Counted from the stretch's first letter, positions 38,303 through 47,605 are shown. The stretch: 64,000 bases of DNA from a virus (IMGVR_UViG_3300021256_000078:1-64000); one strand, 5' to 3'. Translations and numbers: made by a program. Notes: generated by a model from the letters alone, not told the origin.

Positions 38303-38839
38303 TCAGCCTCCGATAAACGGGTTCGGGCATTCCCAGAGCCAGTCCTTGTAATCGTGGCCTCCAACTTTTACAATCTCTCCATTGTGAATCTCGACCTCGT
38401 CATCGAACTCAAGCCCGCATTCCCATCCGAAAAGATGCAGATCGATATCGTAGTTTTTCGAAATATTAATCCAATCCTCGTAATTGATTCCAAATCCCCA
38501 GGCTTGCTTGACCGGAAGAATGACAAGCATTTTCCCGTCTTCAATCCACGAGAAAATTTCATTCTTCCGCATTCCGATACTCTGACCCCAATCGACAAAG
38601 GCTCTTTTGGTTCCGGAAATATAAATGTACTCGCCATTGTCCTTCAGATCCACGGGGATACCATAGCCATCTTCCAGATCCTCTTTCTTGATCCGTTCCA
38701 TCATTTTGCAGATGTACTTGGTCTGTCCATGAACATCACGTTCCCGCTCATTGTAAATCTCAAATCCCTCGTTCAGAAATTTCATGACGTTTTCTGTTTT
38801 GCCACGAAATCTCAGTGTTCCTGCACACCAGTTTGGCAT
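38303..38839 (-). CDS. YubB/Api92-like (MPNWC) protein
   Basis: MPNWC N-terminus, AW and E.G..F motifs. Confidence 0.55.
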   Translation of the reverse strand: MPNWCAGTLRFRGKTENVMKFLNEGFEIYNERERDVHGQTKYICKMMERIKKEDLEDGYGIPVDLKDNGEYIYISGTKRAFVDWGQSIGMRKNEIFSWIEDGKMLVILPVKQAWGFGINYEDWINISKNYDIDLHLFGWECGLEFDDEVEIHNGEIVKVGGHDYKDWLWECPNPFIGG

Positions 38840-38853
38840 TTATTTCTCCTTTC

Positions 38854-39120
38854 TTAGTCTTCATATGCGGGCAGTGTTTCGGTATCTTCCAGGATGACCT
38901 CACCTTCCCAATAGAGATCCTTTCCGTCTGCTGATCCATTCAGCTTGTGAAAACGCTCAGGATCTGTTCTCGGGTCGTCGCAGGGTCCGTTCAGCGCGTG
39001 CTTCGGATTAGTGGTGTGGTGACAATAATCGAATCCCGGTTTTCCGCATCGAAAACATCCGAGCTTGTCACTGCACTCATCCAGGCCGTCGCATATGTAA
39101 GCGGTCAGAATATCATCCAT
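38854..39120 (-). CDS. Cys/His-rich hypothetical protein
   Basis: AAGGAG SD. Confidence 0.6.
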   Translation of the reverse strand: MDDILTAYICDGLDECSDKLGCFRCGKPGFDYCHHTTNPKHALNGPCDDPRTDPERFHKLNGSADGKDLYWEGEVILEDTETLPAYED

Positions 39121-39280
39121 TGCTCTTCTCCTTATATCGCACGGGTTTCTCGGTTCCCTCTCGAACCGATTCCTCGAGGCAGTCGTCACAGTACTGGACT
39201 TCCACCCCATCATTCCAGTATTCGCAGTTTGGGCAATACTTGTCGAATCTCACAAGCTTGTTTTCACTGTTCGAGATCAT
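39113..39280 (-). CDS. small Cys-rich protein
   Basis: YCPNC...CDDC. Confidence 0.6.
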   Translation of the reverse strand: MISNSENKLVRFDKYCPNCEYWNDGVEVQYCDDCLEESVREGTEKPVRYKEKSNG

Positions 39281-39650
39281 TTTCGTCATCCTCCTCTTCA
39301 TATGATTTGTTTGTGGCCTCAACTCTTGCTTCTTCTGTCATTTTGTGAATTGCACGGCCGAGATCTAAACCGGAAATGGTCTCGTTCTTATGCTGGCTGA
39401 CATACACGGCGAGTCTCTGCCGAAAGCTCCGATAGCGCTCTTCCCACATGGATCCACGGTTCTTGGCCCGGATAAATGGCATGCTGAGATCCATGATGGT
39501 CCGATAGTCCGATTCGCCCAGACCGAATGTCCGTTTGATCTTTCCTACTGTGTCCCTGGTGTCCGCCCGAATGATTCGTTCCATGGTCGAAACGATAAGC
39601 TGAACCTGGTCCGGTGTGAGTTCCGGAAGCTTGTTATCTGAAGTTGTCAT
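39264..39650 (-). CDS. hypothetical protein
   Basis: coupled ORF. Confidence 0.65.
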   Translation of the reverse strand: MTTSDNKLPELTPDQVQLIVSTMERIIRADTRDTVGKIKRTFGLGESDYRTIMDLSMPFIRAKNRGSMWEERYRSFRQRLAVYVSQHKNETISGLDLGRAIHKMTEEARVEATNKSYEEEDDENDLEQ

Positions 39651-40144
39651 CAGAAATCTCCTTTCGAAATATCCGCGATGATTTCAATGATTTCGTTCCG
39701 GTAGTAGGTGCTGCGGCACTTGTCAGCCAGGGTTCTGAGCATAGTAATCGCATAGGTCATGGTGCTTGCCGAGATGCTGCTCTGGTTACTGCTCAGAATA
39801 TCCTTGATCTGATCGGCTGCCTGCGCGATATAGTATTCACTGCTGCTGGTGCTGATCGTGGACGTTACTGCTGCAATCCCGGCTTCAATGGGATTATTCG
39901 GAAGCAGCATGATGGTCGAGGGGTAGGAACTCTGGTTTCCGGAAGCTTTGCTCTCCACCCGAAGGCCATAGGGATCGGTCAGAACATCATAGGGGATGTT
40001 CAGTTTCTTGCAGAGCAGCGCCAGTCCGATGGTCGCTCCTCCGCTGACGATAAGCGGCATTCCGGCCGAGAGAATATCTCCGCAGGTTTTGCTGACGCCT
40101 TTCGCTACTTTTTCCCAGTCGATGCTGAAGTTGAATTTCGCCAT
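39650..40144 (-). CDS. hypothetical protein
   Basis: AGGAGG SD before MAKFNF. Confidence 0.7.
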   Translation of the reverse strand: MAKFNFSIDWEKVAKGVSKTCGDILSAGMPLIVSGGATIGLALLCKKLNIPYDVLTDPYGLRVESKASGNQSSYPSTIMLLPNNPIEAGIAAVTSTISTSSSEYYIAQAADQIKDILSSNQSSISASTMTYAITMLRTLADKCRSTYYRNEIIEIIADISKGDF

Positions 40145-40234
40145 GATTGGTTCCTCCTTAAAATAAAAAATTAGAGGAAGAGCCATTTCGGTCTCTCCCT
40201 CACTATAGGCTTTGTAGATTTTACGAATTGTTCA

Positions 40235-40283
40235 TTTCATTTTTGAAAGAACTCTTTCAAATCTGAAAATTTTATGTTAGGAT
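40235..40283 (+). promoter_or_regulatory. tandem TTTCA-N4-TGAAA operator with possible extended -10 (plus strand)
   Basis: 46-bp element repeated at 54104-54149; related pairs at 47482 and 50000. Confidence 0.55.
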
Positions 40284-40304
40284 GAAAAGGAAATGCGGCC
40301 TATC

Positions 40305-40568
40305 CTACAGTTTCTCACCGCAGAACGGACAATACTGAATCTTGACACTGACCGCTTCCAGCGCGATGCCCTTGAACTCACCTTCAAGACCTTTTACCTG
40401 AGCCTCAAGAGTCATGAATGGCTTCTCGCCTTTTCTGGCATTCTTGAGATCGGGATTCCAGCGCACCATGTACAGTTCAAGGGCCTCGTTTCTACTGTGA
40501 AACGGATTGGATTTCAGACGCTTGTTTACAACACGGTAGTCGTCACTCAGATCGCAAAATTCGCACAT
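40305..40568 (-). CDS. zinc-ribbon protein
   Basis: MCEFC...YCPFCG. Confidence 0.65.
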   Translation of the reverse strand: MCEFCDLSDDYRVVNKRLKSNPFHSRNEALELYMVRWNPDLKNARKGEKPFMTLEAQVKGLEGEFKGIALEAVSVKIQYCPFCGEKL

Positions 40569-40611
40569 AATGATTCACTCCTTAAAAATTAGTGTATTGG
40601 AGGTAATAACG

Positions 40612-40815
40612 ATGACAATTTGTGACAGATGCAGAGCCGAATTCAACATGGCCAGGGTAAAAGCTGACATCAATCGGCACTGGGGTCCAGGCCGGTATGA
40701 ATATGTTCAGCGACATAGCGGCACATTGTGCGAAGACTGTTGCACGGATTATCTTTACTGCGAAGATGAAGATGGCAATCCTATCGATCCGAAAGACATA
40801 GTTTATCCGGACTGA
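40612..40815 (+). CDS. small zinc-finger protein (only plausible plus-strand gene)
   Basis: GGAGG SD, CDRC...CEDC. Confidence 0.55.
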   Translation: MTICDRCRAEFNMARVKADINRHWGPGRYEYVQRHSGTLCEDCCTDYLYCEDEDGNPIDPKDIVYPD

Positions 40816-41149
40816 TTTCCCATTTTTCCTGTCTTAGGGGTTTCATTCGAAGGGTCCACATGATTTTTCTTACCGGGAAAATTGGGTACATGCCGTTTTC
40901 ATCAGGAACTGACGCATTCTCGTTAAAAAACCGTGGAAAGTTTTCATGAGCACAAATATCATAGGAAAGCCAGGGATCGACGGTGCCCCATCATCGAGCC
41001 TTGGTTTTTTCATTGTAACGTTCCTGAATAAGGATAATACCCTTGCCGCCTCGTTTAATAAGCGTGCATCTGTTGAACAGCACATGGTCACAAATATAAA
41101 TTTCTCCTGCACCGCTCCATTTCTCAGGTTTCTCGTAATAGTACTTCAT
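40781..41149 (-). pseudogene. phage protein interrupted by an in-frame TGA
   Basis: MKYYY...KAR*WGTVDPWL...IMWTLRMKP; TGA at 40991-40993, frame stays open to TAG at 40781. Confidence 0.6.
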
Positions 41150-41211
41150 GTCACTCCCATTTTGAAACAGAAAGGAAAGGCCCTGTCTCCAGAGCCCTTC
41201 CTGGTTAAACA

Positions 41212-41484
41212 TTATTCTTTTCCGATTTTGTCCGGATGCAGATAGCACTTGATTCCATGAGACGCCAACTTTGCCGTTTTCTCAATCAGGCCGACCTTAT
41301 CGTGTAATTCCTGCTTGTTTCTCGGAATCCGGTGGTCTCCTTTGGTCCACTCGTACTCACAGTCTGGATCCAGATTGTCCTTCTCCATCGCGAGGCCGGT
41401 AAGGGCCATTATGTAACACACCCATTCCTGAATAACCTTCGCCACGATGATGCCTCCGATTATTTTCGCTGCCGTTTTCTTCAT
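41212..41484 (-). CDS. cassette ORF, hypothetical
   Basis: promoter at 41535. Confidence 0.65.
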   Translation of the reverse strand: MKKTAAKIIGGIIVAKVIQEWVCYIMALTGLAMEKDNLDPDCEYEWTKGDHRIPRNKQELHDKVGLIEKTAKLASHGIKCYLHPDKIGKE

Positions 41485-41606
41485 GCTGTGTTCCATCCTT
41501 TCGATAAAAAATAGTGTTTGAGGTTTTATCCTCATTATACGAAGTGTAAAAATTACGAACGAAATAGAAGAGGAGCTGCAAATATAACAGTCCTCTTGCC
41601 TGAGTA

Positions 41607-41813
41607 TTAATCATCCACGCGGATGAAATCGTTGTTGCTCATGCCGCAGTAACTGAGAATGGTCACATACAGCAGGGCCTCATCAAATGATCCAAGCTTG
41701 TTGGTATAATATTGCACAATGCCGATGATTACGATTAGCATCCACAATAAAGCCAACAGGGCACTGATCCCTAACAGCCATCCCAGTGTGTGCCATATAA
41801 GTGTTGCGAACAT
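41607..41813 (-). CDS. cassette ORF, small membrane protein
   Basis: promoter at 41846, AGGAGG SD, TM helix. Confidence 0.65.
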   Translation of the reverse strand: MFATLIWHTLGWLLGISALLALLWMLIVIIGIVQYYTNKLGSFDEALLYVTILSYCGMSNNDFIRVDD

Positions 41814-41917
41814 AATGATTCCTCCTTGTATTTGTTTTGTTCTCATTACAGGAGGTGTTATTTTTACGAAAAGAAAAACGGGAGAAGACGTAATGTCTCC
41901 TCCACAGTTCATCTTTG

Positions 41918-42409
41918 TCAGATAATCTCGTCGTGGTAGAACCCGTTATCCAACATATGGAATATTTCCTTTCGGAAACTTCCCGATTTGTCCTTCACGG
42001 TATTCACCGAAAAGTACTCACCGGGCTCCATGTCCATGTTTTCGAACAGGCCCTTGACGAGCTTGAACTTGCTCTTGTTATTCTTCTCCCATTTTCCGTG
42101 GTTCTCCCACAGACTCTTGAGGTTGGCTCCAATGGCCATTCCTTCCGTCATATTGTCGGTATACCCGCACTGCTCCTTGAGTTGCTTGTTGAAGAGCTTC
42201 CCCTGCCGGATCTCGTGAACGAGTCCCCAGATCGTAGCCGCGGCACACACGCCCTGAACGGTATACACGATAGCATCTGTTCCGTGTCTCCGCCAGAAGC
42301 GTCTGAATCCGCTTGGCTTCACTTCGACCTGGACTTCATCCTCTACAGGCTCCACCTGCAGGTTTTCAATCTCTTCCATGCTTACTCCTTGAAATGTTTT
42401 CTTGCTCAT
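41918..42409 (-). CDS. cassette ORF, hypothetical
   Basis: promoter at 42455. Confidence 0.7.
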   Translation of the reverse strand: MSKKTFQGVSMEEIENLQVEPVEDEVQVEVKPSGFRRFWRRHGTDAIVYTVQGVCAAATIWGLVHEIRQGKLFNKQLKEQCGYTDNMTEGMAIGANLKSLWENHGKWEKNNKSKFKLVKGLFENMDMEPGEYFSVNTVKDKSGSFRKEIFHMLDNGFYHDEII

Positions 42410-42485
42410 TTGGGTTCTTCCTTTCGTAAATATGATTTTGAGGTTCTTTCCTCATCATAGAAAATGTAAAATTTACGAAAAAAAT

Positions 42486-42695
42486 AAGAGTTGTAAGCTT
42501 CGAACTTACGTCTCCGGTTTCATTCACCATCAGACACCACATTTCTGTGGCCCGGCGTGCTACCATTGCACCATTACGGCGTTAAGGCATTTCAGCCTCC
42601 GGGGCATGACCCCCGTGGAGTTTCCGAAACATTAAATCTGAATGTCGGTTGTCCTTCTCGGATGTCGATTCATCCATTTCGTTCGCCTCCTCTCT
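42486..42695 (-). ncRNA. structured RNA with tRNA-like 3' domain and embedded 31-codon ORF
   Basis: D arm GTGC-AATGGTA-GCAC, CCGG/CCGG stem with GCCACA-GAAA-TGTGGT, T arm GTAAG-TTCGAAG-CTTAC; promoter at 42697. Confidence 0.6.
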
Positions 42696-42778
42696 ACTAT
42701 AGTGGTTGTCAATCTTGCGAATTGATGAAAAAATAAAGGAGAGTCCGCCGATTTTGCGAATCTCTCCTCGAAATCACG

Positions 42779-42913
42779 TCATTTCATAATGAACAGGAGT
42801 AATGCACCCACCAGCACAATGCCTGCTGCTCCATAATATGCATATGCCAGGGCGCATAAAATCCCGATCATCAATACCTTTCCTGTGATTTCGGCATGTT
42901 TTTTCTCGCTCAA
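42779..42913 (-). CDS. cassette ORF, 44-aa membrane peptide (not in ORF track)
   Basis: promoter at 42956, AAGGAG SD, TTG start. Confidence 0.55.
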   Translation of the reverse strand: MSEKKHAEITGKVLMIGILCALAYAYYGAAGIVLVGALLLFIMK

Positions 42914-43028
42914 TTTACATCTCTCCTTTAATATTGATTCAGAGCCTTTGCTCTACTATAGGAGATGTATTTTTTTCGAACCAAAAAAGGAAAGCCATTG
43001 TAAGACTTTCCTTTTGCCTGAAGCTGAT

Positions 43029-43265
43029 TTATTCTGTTATTCCCAGTCTTTCGTTGATGCTGTCCTTGTTTTCTTCGGCCAGAGTCGCAAAAGTCTGTGC
43101 CACCATCAGTGCCTGCTCGCCATCGAGTCCATCGAGTACACTGAATATATCCTTCAGTTCTTGTTTGTGTTCCTCCATAAACCCGATAAATTTGTCAAAG
43201 GTCTCTGTGGCTCTCTGCACAACATTTTCTGCTCCTACAGTTTCTACAATGTTCCAATCATCCAT
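43029..43265 (-). CDS. cassette ORF, acidic
   Basis: promoter at 43314. Confidence 0.7.
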   Translation of the reverse strand: MDDWNIVETVGAENVVQRATETFDKFIGFMEEHKQELKDIFSVLDGLDGEQALMVAQTFATLAEENKDSINERLGITE

Positions 43266-43394
43266 CTCTTGAATTTCCTTTCTTAAATCTAAGATAGCAG
43301 ATCTTCTGCTTCACTATATGAGTTGTCAGATTTACGAAAGAAGATAGACCATGCAAATAGTTTTCGGTCTTCGTTCTGATTCTATATGGAATGA

Positions 43395-43634
43395 TTATTC
43401 GTAGTCTTCCTCAAATCCTGCATCGTATCGATTCGGGTTATGCAGCGCCTGCGAAATGTGCTTCCGAACGGCCTCTTCCGTTACTTCTTTCGATTCGTTC
43501 ACTACTCCATTTTCAAACGTGCTGCAAAATGCACCGTTCCGATATGTATAATAATTTTCGTACATTGAAGTTGAGACTGTAAATGTCTTTCCTGATTTGA
43601 TTCCTTCAATAATTTGATCTATTGTTTTATCCAT
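43395..43634 (-). CDS. cassette ORF, hypothetical
   Basis: promoter at 43662. Confidence 0.7.
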   Translation of the reverse strand: MDKTIDQIIEGIKSGKTFTVSTSMYENYYTYRNGAFCSTFENGVVNESKEVTEEAVRKHISQALHNPNRYDAGFEEDYE

Positions 43635-43737
43635 TATTACTCTCCTTTCGGTCTATCTTCATCATAAGCGTTGCGGATTTTTCGAATAATGCGAAAAAAA
43701 TAGAACCCGTGAAAATCACGAGCCCTATTCTTCGGAA

Positions 43738-44097
43738 TTACTTCCGTTTTCTCTCCTTGCGGAGCAGCTTCATATCCTGAAGTGCTTCTCCGGTTGTCTG
43801 TCCTTCCATGAGCTTGCTGTCCAGCTCCAGAATCTCCTGATTGGTCAGGGGATGCTTTGTCACGAAATCGAGTCCGGAAACGTCATCCTGTACCTTGCAG
43901 GCTTCGATCTTGCCCTGCTCAATGCTGTTGATCGTCCTGATCACTCCCAGTGCGACCATTCCAGCTGCCGTGAGCACGGGTTTCACGACCTGTGGATACT
44001 TTTTGACGGTTTCCTGGATGATTTCTTTCTTTTTCACCGCCTTTTCCTTAGTTTCTTCTGCTTTTTTCTTCACTGTGCTCCAGATTTCTTCGAACAT
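43738..44097 (-). CDS. cassette ORF, hypothetical
   Basis: promoter at 44140. Confidence 0.7.
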   Translation of the reverse strand: MFEEIWSTVKKKAEETKEKAVKKKEIIQETVKKYPQVVKPVLTAAGMVALGVIRTINSIEQGKIEACKVQDDVSGLDFVTKHPLTNQEILELDSKLMEGQTTGEALQDMKLLRKERKRK

Positions 44098-44215
44098 TTA
44101 CTTTTGGCTCCTTTCTGATATGGTAGCTTACTTGCTCCATTATAGACTCTGTTAATTTTTCGAAAAAAAAATAAAGAGACTGTCAAATTGACAGCCCCTT
44201 TACTCTGATTTTTGC

Positions 44216-44620
44216 TTACTTTCTGTTGATCAGCTTGTTTCGCAATTCCTTGATAGGTTCCATCATGCCGCGATAAGCCTGCTTTGTCTCGTCCATGTTG
44301 TACATGAGCGTCGGGCCTATAAACGTCCCGCCGGCAAACCATGTGATGTCCTCACAGACTCTGATGACCCGGTTGATCTTCTCCGCTTCGATCTTCGCCG
44401 TCTCGTTCGCAACCTTGTCTTCTTCGATATCGTTCTTCCGGTTGTTGTCGAGTCGGGTGTTCTCGCGGGTTTCCCATCCTCCGTTGATGTCGCTCAGAGT
44501 CTTGAGTGCATTGACACACTTCAGGTATTCCGAGGTTGTCGCCCCATATTTTTTCATTTCCTCAAGTATGAGACTCCTGGCTTCTTCGATCGCTTCATAG
44601 TTCGTCTTTGCGTCAACCAA
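44216..44620 (-). CDS. cassette ORF, hypothetical
   Basis: promoter at 44663, GGAGG SD, TTG start. Confidence 0.7.
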   Translation of the reverse strand: MVDAKTNYEAIEEARSLILEEMKKYGATTSEYLKCVNALKTLSDINGGWETRENTRLDNNRKNDIEEDKVANETAKIEAEKINRVIRVCEDITWFAGGTFIGPTLMYNMDETKQAYRGMMEPIKELRNKLINRK

Positions 44621-44674
44621 TTTTTGCCACCTCCAAAAATATAATGCAGGGATCTCTCCCTATTATAGAACCTG

Positions 44675-44908
44675 TCATTTTTTCGAAAGATTGTTCTGAA
44701 CCTTTACCGACAGAAATTTTCGTTTCAGTAGCTCATCCTCGCTGATTCCTGAAAAATCCCATAGTGCTTTTTCCCTGCCGTCCTCTTCCTGAATAGTAAT
44801 GATCCCGTCCGGTTTTCGGTGGCCTTCACCCTTTCCGAGAATTCCGATAACATAACCGAGCAGCATGCCAACCGCAAATAAAATGACGTACAGTACCTCC
44901 TGGCGCAT
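44675..44908 (-). CDS. small membrane protein
   Basis: AGGAGGT SD, TM helix. Confidence 0.6.
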   Translation of the reverse strand: MRQEVLYVILFAVGMLLGYVIGILGKGEGHRKPDGIITIQEEDGREKALWDFSGISEDELLKRKFLSVKVQNNLSKK

Positions 44909-44945
44909 AATTTCACCTCCTTTCGAAAAAAAAAAAAGAGACCGG

Positions 44946-45113
44946 TCAGGTCTCATTTGAAGCTGCCATTTGTTCCCAGAACTGATCCCAGAAGGCTTGT
45001 GCTTCTCCTTCTGCCCAGGTTCTTTCAGGCTTAATCTCCTTGAATCCTGCCGGTTTCTCTTTCTCCTTTACCAGTTTTTCACTGGTCCTGATTTCTCGGA
45101 TTTCTCTAAACAT
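44946..45113 (-). CDS. 55-aa ORF (not in ORF track)
   Basis: AGGAGG SD, MFREIRE... Confidence 0.55.
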   Translation of the reverse strand: MFREIREIRTSEKLVKEKEKPAGFKEIKPERTWAEGEAQAFWDQFWEQMAASNET

Positions 45114-45125
45114 AAATTTCCCTCC

Positions 45126-45290
45126 TTATTCGTCATCGTCATCAAGTTCGATTTTCGGTCCGATCAGGCTTGTGATGATTTTGCTCAGGAACATGATCTC
45201 ACCGGGGTCCAATGTCCCGATGAACTTCAGTACCTTCGCAATAAGCCCTCTCATTACCTTACGGTCTTCCTTGCTCATTTTCTTAAACAT
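45126..45290 (-). CDS. 54-aa cassette ORF (not in ORF track)
   Basis: promoter at 45327, AAGGAG SD. Confidence 0.55.
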   Translation of the reverse strand: MFKKMSKEDRKVMRGLIAKVLKFIGTLDPGEIMFLSKIITSLIGPKIELDDDDE

Positions 45291-45399
45291 GACTGAATTC
45301 TCCTTTTCTGTTTAAATTTCTTCCTACTATAGAAGCTGTAAATTCTTCGAATAACGATAAAAAGAGAAGTCGGTGTGACTTCTCTCAGAAATTCTGTGC

Positions 45400-45579
45400 T
45401 TAAATCATCTGTTGATAGATCCAGGTTGTGTCTTCACTTCCCAGGGATACGACCCTCCATTTTTCCTTCAGGATGTAGTGTTCATCCCGTAATTCGAACA
45501 CTTCATCCGTGTGGCCCGGTCTGATCGGTCCCATAAACTTGTTGTAAATTGCCGCCTTGATTTTTCTTATTTTTAACAT
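45400..45579 (-). CDS. cassette ORF, hypothetical
   Basis: promoter at 45603. Confidence 0.6.
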   Translation of the reverse strand: MLKIRKIKAAIYNKFMGPIRPGHTDEVFELRDEHYILKEKWRVVSLGSEDTTWIYQQMI

Positions 45580-45684
45580 TTTAAACAACTCCTTTCTTTC
45601 CACTATAGGAGTTGTAAATCTTACGAAATGGCAAAAATATAAGGGACTGTCAGCTTCGACAATCCCTTTTCCGTGACAAGGCCC

Positions 45685-45885
45685 TTACTTATCCATGTAG
45701 CCGGAAATGTATGCCATGAATGCAATAAGTCCAACCAGCCATAGCGCAAGTCCCAGTGTGATGCTGACGTACATCAGAACCGCTTCCCATCCGGTGTCTA
45801 CCGCATAGACGAGAAACACTCCGATTGCCATCGCCAGCAACGCCATCAGGATTGCAAAGATTTTTTCTGAGTTTTTCTTTTTCAT
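45685..45885 (-). CDS. cassette ORF, two-TM membrane protein
   Basis: promoter at 45922. Confidence 0.65.
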   Translation of the reverse strand: MKKKNSEKIFAILMALLAMAIGVFLVYAVDTGWEAVLMYVSITLGLALWLVGLIAFMAYISGYMDK

Positions 45886-45939
45886 AGTTTTTACTTCCTT
45901 TCTGACAATAAATCCTTGTCACTATAGGAGCTGTCAATC

Positions 45940-46389
45940 TTACGAAATATCAGTCCGTTTTCTCGGATCGTCGTACTGAAGGCCGTAAAACTCATAGAGT
46001 TCATTCTCCCGATCCCACAGTTCCATGAGTTTTGTTTCCATATACTGATCGGCTTTCGAAATATCATCAACCGTCCGAAGCACATCCATGACTTCCTCTT
46101 CAAACTGCGTAACAAGAAGCTGGCTCAGAATCGCACATTTCTGTGTTTTCATGTCCGGCTCTTCCGGAGCATTCGATGCGGTTTTCAGATCCGGTCTGTA
46201 ATGCTTCCAGATGGCTTCTGTTTCAGCGAAATATAATTCCAGCATCGGGCCAATCTGTCGATCAAGTTCCTGAACGGATCGGACCTCAATGAGTTTGTTG
46301 ACAACATCCCGTTCGAATTCCGATTTTGTCAACTTAATCAGAAGCCCGATTTTGTGCAGGGCAAAAAAGTCTTTGTTCGGTGTTTCCAT
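45940..46389 (-). CDS. hypothetical protein
   Basis: GGAGG SD before METPNK. Confidence 0.65.
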   Translation of the reverse strand: METPNKDFFALHKIGLLIKLTKSEFERDVVNKLIEVRSVQELDRQIGPMLELYFAETEAIWKHYRPDLKTASNAPEEPDMKTQKCAILSQLLVTQFEEEVMDVLRTVDDISKADQYMETKLMELWDRENELYEFYGLQYDDPRKRTDIS

Positions 46390-46438
46390 ATTTCCCTCCT
46401 GAAAAAATAAAAGAGAGTCATTGCTGACTCTCAGTTTT

Positions 46439-46756
46439 TTACTCGAGAACTCTTTCCTGAAGTTCATAACTGATTCTCTGTTCGGTGCACGTCCCTGCAG
46501 AACGTTCCAGAATATAACCAAGACGATACAGATCGGGTGTCCAGATATCCATGGTTAGTTCATTCTTGTGGCACAGATTTCCATTCCGGTATTCATCACG
46601 TAGCTCAGCGATATACTTTTCTGCTTCCTCACGTGTTGCAAATATCCGGCTGATCTCTGTGAAGCTGTCTTTTGTCTGACCTTGGCCCATCTGATCCCAT
46701 ATAATCTTATAATGGTCGTGCATGATAACGTACACCGTATTGATCTTATAATTCAT
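46439..46756 (-). CDS. cassette ORF, hypothetical
   Basis: promoter at 46784, AGGAGGT SD. Confidence 0.65.
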   Translation of the reverse strand: MNYKINTVYVIMHDHYKIIWDQMGQGQTKDSFTEISRIFATREEAEKYIAELRDEYRNGNLCHKNELTMDIWTPDLYRLGYILERSAGTCTEQRISYELQERVLE

Positions 46757-46801
46757 TTGTCTCACCTCCTTTTATTGTTCTCATTATGGGAGGTGTGATT
46801 T

Positions 46802-47122
46802 TTACGATCTTCTTTTCGAAAGTTCCCAGAAAAATAATCGATACTGATATCGAAGCTCTGTCGGCAGAACAGTCTGGCTATCGGTTACAAACCGCAAAAT
46901 ATCCTTTCCGACCAATCTGGCGCATTCCTCGATCAGTTCAATATTGCTACCGATCTGGGCACGCCGGATTCCATCACGAGAAGTCGTATCGCCTTCATTT
47001 TTGCTGATTTCGTCAGGCCAGCCGTCCAGTTTGGCATAAATACGTTTCCACTCCGGATACTGCAGACAGAAGTGTTTCAGCTCATAAAAACGGTGCTTAC
47101 TCAGTTGGTATTCAGTTTTCAT
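46802..47122 (-). CDS. hypothetical phage protein, possible transcription regulator
   Basis: SKHRFYELKHFCLQY.EWK ... YR.FFW.LS. Confidence 0.6.
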   Translation of the reverse strand: MKTEYQLSKHRFYELKHFCLQYPEWKRIYAKLDGWPDEISKNEGDTTSRDGIRRAQIGSNIELIEECARLVGKDILRFVTDSQTVLPTELRYQYRLFFWELSKRRS

Positions 47123-47387
47123 TGCACTTACCGGTTGGAAGCCCTAAAATATAACGAAGGTCCTCATTCGAAGCATTGAAGAGTCTGAGACAGGAGCAGA
47201 TAACATCAAATGGGGCCCGCTCAAATGATTCGACATGGTTTCGGTACCGCCATAGTGACGCCGGGCTGCAGTTAATCTTTTTGGCAAGAATATCAACGGA
47301 TTTTCGATACGTTCTCAGGTAATCCCTGACAAGTCTGTCAAAACGATCCATGCGTTTCTTGGTCTGCTCATACTTTTCGTCTTTCAT
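47112..47387 (-). CDS. HTH regulator (repressor candidate)
   Basis: SVDILAKKINCSPASLWRYR; operator-like palindromes upstream. Confidence 0.55.
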   Translation of the reverse strand: MKDEKYEQTKKRMDRFDRLVRDYLRTYRKSVDILAKKINCSPASLWRYRNHVESFERAPFDVICSCLRLFNASNEDLRYILGLPTGKCNEN

Positions 47388-47605
47388 AATAGCAATCCTC
47401 TTATGTAATAATAGATTGCCGGCCAGCACTAAAAATATAGCACGGACCGACTGCTTCATCAAGTAAATCTGTAGCCATTTGTTTCCATTTTGAAATTTTC
47501 TTTCAGCTTCGAAACATAAACTTTTCTTTCATTTCAGAAAGATCGTTGTTCAGGATGCTGAAAAAGAATAGATCCTGTAAAATTCAGGATCCATTCTTTT
47601 GAGTT

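Noticed and set aside
40991-40993. Genome-wide TGA recoding
   Set aside because: Many genes end cleanly at TGA with ATGA coupling and long genes have no internal TGA; this is a single case
42486-42580. Functional or intron-containing tRNA gene
   Set aside because: No 7-nt anticodon loop, local acceptor strands GCCGTAA/AACTCTT do not pair, no CCA, and the insert is too short for a group I intron
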